Made by a program: the position numbers and the translations under genes. Positions 45,359 through 47,764 of a DNA stretch of 47,764 nucleotides are shown here, piece by piece. The notes under the pieces were generated by a model that was given only the letters and a program-made list of their open reading frames with translations, was not told the DNA's origin and ran no database searches. The DNA comes from Alistipes sp. (lineage in GTDB: Bacteria > Bacteroidota > Bacteroidia > Bacteroidales > Rikenellaceae), in assembly GCA_045634725.1 (NCBI GenBank), contig JAZRAT010000057.1:1-47764 (forward strand), in the 5' to 3' direction. Position 1 is the stretch's first letter, and each line of letters begins with the position of its first letter.

Positions 45359-46489
45359 ATGAAATTTTTCCTCAAAATAGCACTCTCTCTGTTAACCCTC
45401 TCATTATGCGTGGGTTGCGTCGATATGTCGCAAAGTGGAGCAGAGCACTTCGAGGTAACCATTTACGACCCCTCATACGCCTCGGGATTCACAATCGACG
45501 AGGATGAGGCGGGAAATACGCTCGTTCGTGTGACGCGACCATGGCAGGGCACAGCGCTTGAGGAGCAGACACTCGCGATATTTGCTACCGAGGAGGCATC
45601 AAAAGGTTACATGGGTCAGCACATAGTGGGTCATGCCGATAGGGTGGTCTGCATGTCGACAAGTCACATCGCGATGCTCGATGCCATAGAGTGCGTAGAT
45701 GCCGTAGTTGGCGTGTCGGGAAAGCAATATATAACAAATGAGGCGGTGGCAAATAACCCTGCGGTTAAGGATATAGGCTACGATAGCAACCTGAACTACG
45801 AGGCCCTCGTCTTGCTGCAACCCGATGTGGTGCTTATGTATGGCGTCTCGGCGGCAAACGATACTGTAACGGCGAAGTTGCGCGACCTTAACATTCCATA
45901 TCTATATCTCGGAGACTACACAGAGGAGTCGCCACTTGGTAAGGCCGAGTGGGTGGTTGCCATAGCCGAGATTGTGGGATGCCGTGAGAGGGGTGTGGAG
46001 GTGTTCGAGCAGATAGAGGCACGCTATAATGATGTTCGCAGCGGTGTGGTGCGTAGCGACGATGCTCCCAAGGTGATGTTCAACCTCCCATATCAGGATG
46101 TGTGGTATATGCCCTCGGATGATAGCTACATGGTGCAACTCGTAGAGGATGCGGGTGGTCGCTATATATATAAAGGTAAAAACCCCTCGGGAGGTTCTAA
46201 GGGTATAAGTCTTGAGGAGGCCTATATGCTTGTGTCCGATACAGATATATGGCTCAATGCTGGCCAGTGCTCGACAATGGAGGAGTTGCGTAGCTCTGCT
46301 CCCCACTTTGCCAATGCGCCCGTGGTGCTTGCTGGTGAGGTGTATAACAACAACCGCCGTCGCACCGAGGCGGGTGGCAGCGACTTCTGGGAGTCGGCCA
46401 TTGTGCGCCCCGATGTGGTGTTGAGCGACTTGGTGACAATCATCGCGGGTGGTGACGACAAAACCTTCTACTATCAGCAACTTAAGTAA
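45359..46489 (+). CDS. Iron/cobalamin ABC transporter substrate-binding lipoprotein (BtuF-like)
   Basis: Lipobox CVGC, RVVCMSTSH, EESPLGKAEW, GGSDFWESAIVRPDVVLSDL. Confidence 0.88.
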   Translation: MKFFLKIALSLLTLSLCVGCVDMSQSGAEHFEVTIYDPSYASGFTIDEDEAGNTLVRVTRPWQGTALEEQTLAIFATEEASKGYMGQHIVGHADRVVCMSTSHIAMLDAIECVDAVVGVSGKQYITNEAVANNPAVKDIGYDSNLNYEALVLLQPDVVLMYGVSAANDTVTAKLRDLNIPYLYLGDYTEESPLGKAEWVVAIAEIVGCRERGVEVFEQIEARYNDVRSGVVRSDDAPKVMFNLPYQDVWYMPSDDSYMVQLVEDAGGRYIYKGKNPSGGSKGISLEEAYMLVSDTDIWLNAGQCSTMEELRSSAPHFANAPVVLAGEVYNNNRRRTEAGGSDFWESAIVRPDVVLSDLVTIIAGGDDKTFYYQQLK

Positions 46490-47517
46490 TGCAACGCACA
46501 CAACAACATAGACTCAGCATCACGCTCTTCGTGCTCTTGGGCTTCGCGCTTGTGGCTCTTGCCATCGCCGATATGCTCATAGGTACGGAGTCTATTCCCG
46601 TGCGCGAGATTATCTCGTCGCTGTGGGGCGATGTGAGCGTGGAGCACGAGACTATAATCTATAAGCTACGCATGCCCAAGGTCATCGTGGCGATATTGTC
46701 GGGTATGGCGCTCTCGGCGAGTGGTCTCTTGATGCAGACGCTCTTCCGCAACCCCTTGGCGGGTCCCTATGTGCTTGGTATAAACTCGGGTGCGAGCTTC
46801 GCCGTGGCGCTCTTCACGCTTGCCGTGCCGATGATGTCAAACAGTCTCTCGTGGCTCTATAATATTGGCGTTACGGGTGTGGCACTTATAGGTTCGGCGG
46901 CAATCTTGCTTATGATTATGGCGCTCTCGCGCAGGATAAAGAGTATAAGCGTTATCCTCATCCTCGGTATGATGCTCGGCTCGGCAATCTCTGCCGTGGT
47001 GGGCATATTGCAGTATATGGGTACGGAGGAGTCGCTCAAGTCTTTCATCGTGTGGACCATGGGTTCGTTGTCGAATGTCGATACCGAGCAACTCTATATC
47101 TTTGTGCCCGTTGTGGTAGTGGGTCTTATTTTGACGTTGGTGGCGGCTAAGCCTCTCAATATGTTGCTTCTTGGCGAGAGTAATGCCCGCACTTTGGGCC
47201 TCAATATCAGGCTCTCGCGTGGTGTTATCTTCCTTGCTACAACGCTCCTTGCTGGTACGGTTACGGCATACTGTGGTCCTATCGGCTTTGTGGGTCTTGC
47301 CATGCCGCACCTCGCGCGCATGACCTTTCGCACCTCGGACCACCGCACGCTTATGCCCGCTGCGATGTTGTGGGGTAGCGTGGCGATGTTGCTCTGTTGT
47401 TTGTTGAGTGACCTCATAGCGCGCTATAGCGTTGTGCTTCCGGTAAATACGCTCACTGCGCTTTTGGGCGTGCCCATCATCATATTTGTTGTACTGCGTA
47501 ACCGTAACCGCCAATAA
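46489..47517 (+). CDS. FecCD/BtuC-family ABC permease
   Basis: LRMPK, QTLFRNPLAGP, GPIGFVGLAMPH. Confidence 0.92.
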   Translation: MQRTQQHRLSITLFVLLGFALVALAIADMLIGTESIPVREIISSLWGDVSVEHETIIYKLRMPKVIVAILSGMALSASGLLMQTLFRNPLAGPYVLGINSGASFAVALFTLAVPMMSNSLSWLYNIGVTGVALIGSAAILLMIMALSRRIKSISVILILGMMLGSAISAVVGILQYMGTEESLKSFIVWTMGSLSNVDTEQLYIFVPVVVVGLILTLVAAKPLNMLLLGESNARTLGLNIRLSRGVIFLATTLLAGTVTAYCGPIGFVGLAMPHLARMTFRTSDHRTLMPAAMLWGSVAMLLCCLLSDLIARYSVVLPVNTLTALLGVPIIIFVVLRNRNRQ

Positions 47518-47764
47518 TGATTAAGCTCAATGATATAACCCTCGCATTTGGCTCTCGTATGCTTATCGAGCACGCCTCGGCACACTTCGAGTGTGGTAGG
47601 ATGACGGCACTGCTTGGTCGTAATGGTACGGGTAAGAGTACGCTACTGCGCGCTATTGCCTCGTTGGGTGCGTTGCAGGGTGGCGCCATAGAGATTGGAG
47701 GCAGGGACCTGTGCGACTTGTCGAACGCTGAGCTGGCACGCATGGTGGCCTTCGTTAATACGGA
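47517..47764 (+). CDS. ABC transporter ATP-binding subunit, truncated by window edge
   Basis: MIKLNDITLAFG...LLGRNGTGKSTLL Walker A; TAATG coupling. Confidence 0.9.
   Translation, partial: MIKLNDITLAFGSRMLIEHASAHFECGRMTALLGRNGTGKSTLLRAIASLGALQGGAIEIGGRDLCDLSNAELARMVAFVNT

Overview
Bacteroidota chromosomal segment, probably Rikenellaceae/Alistipes-like (inferred from TAnnTTTG promoters, fused lpxC-fabZ and secDF, and gene content). It is mostly housekeeping and envelope genes: MATE, pseudouridine synthase, ltaE, RSH, SurA/OstA cluster, threonine dehydrogenase, GH73-LysM, DPP-IV, lepA, GH29, secDF, cvrA, TonB, lpxC-fabZ, lpxA and an iron/B12 ABC transporter. Three things stand out. (1) A dispersed family of ~127-bp rod-like imperfect palindromes (6 full copies and 2 partial ones at 4 loci). 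Each locus starts exactly at a gene's TAA stop, the stems show compensatory changes, and the mismatch pattern says the minus strand is the folding strand. (2) A 7.6-kb element integrated in tRNA-Pro(GGG) between 43-bp att repeats. It carries an integrase, an Xis-like HTH protein, a helicase, an iteron/IHF-type origin, a primase and a TerS-like HTH protein, with no recognisable relaxase or capsid gene: a candidate phage satellite (PICI/PICMI-like). (3) A stand-alone LytTR regulator plus membrane-anchored partner whose own promoter and the next operon's promoter share a direct-repeat box at identical spacing. All assignments were made by eye; no database searches or folding programs were run.
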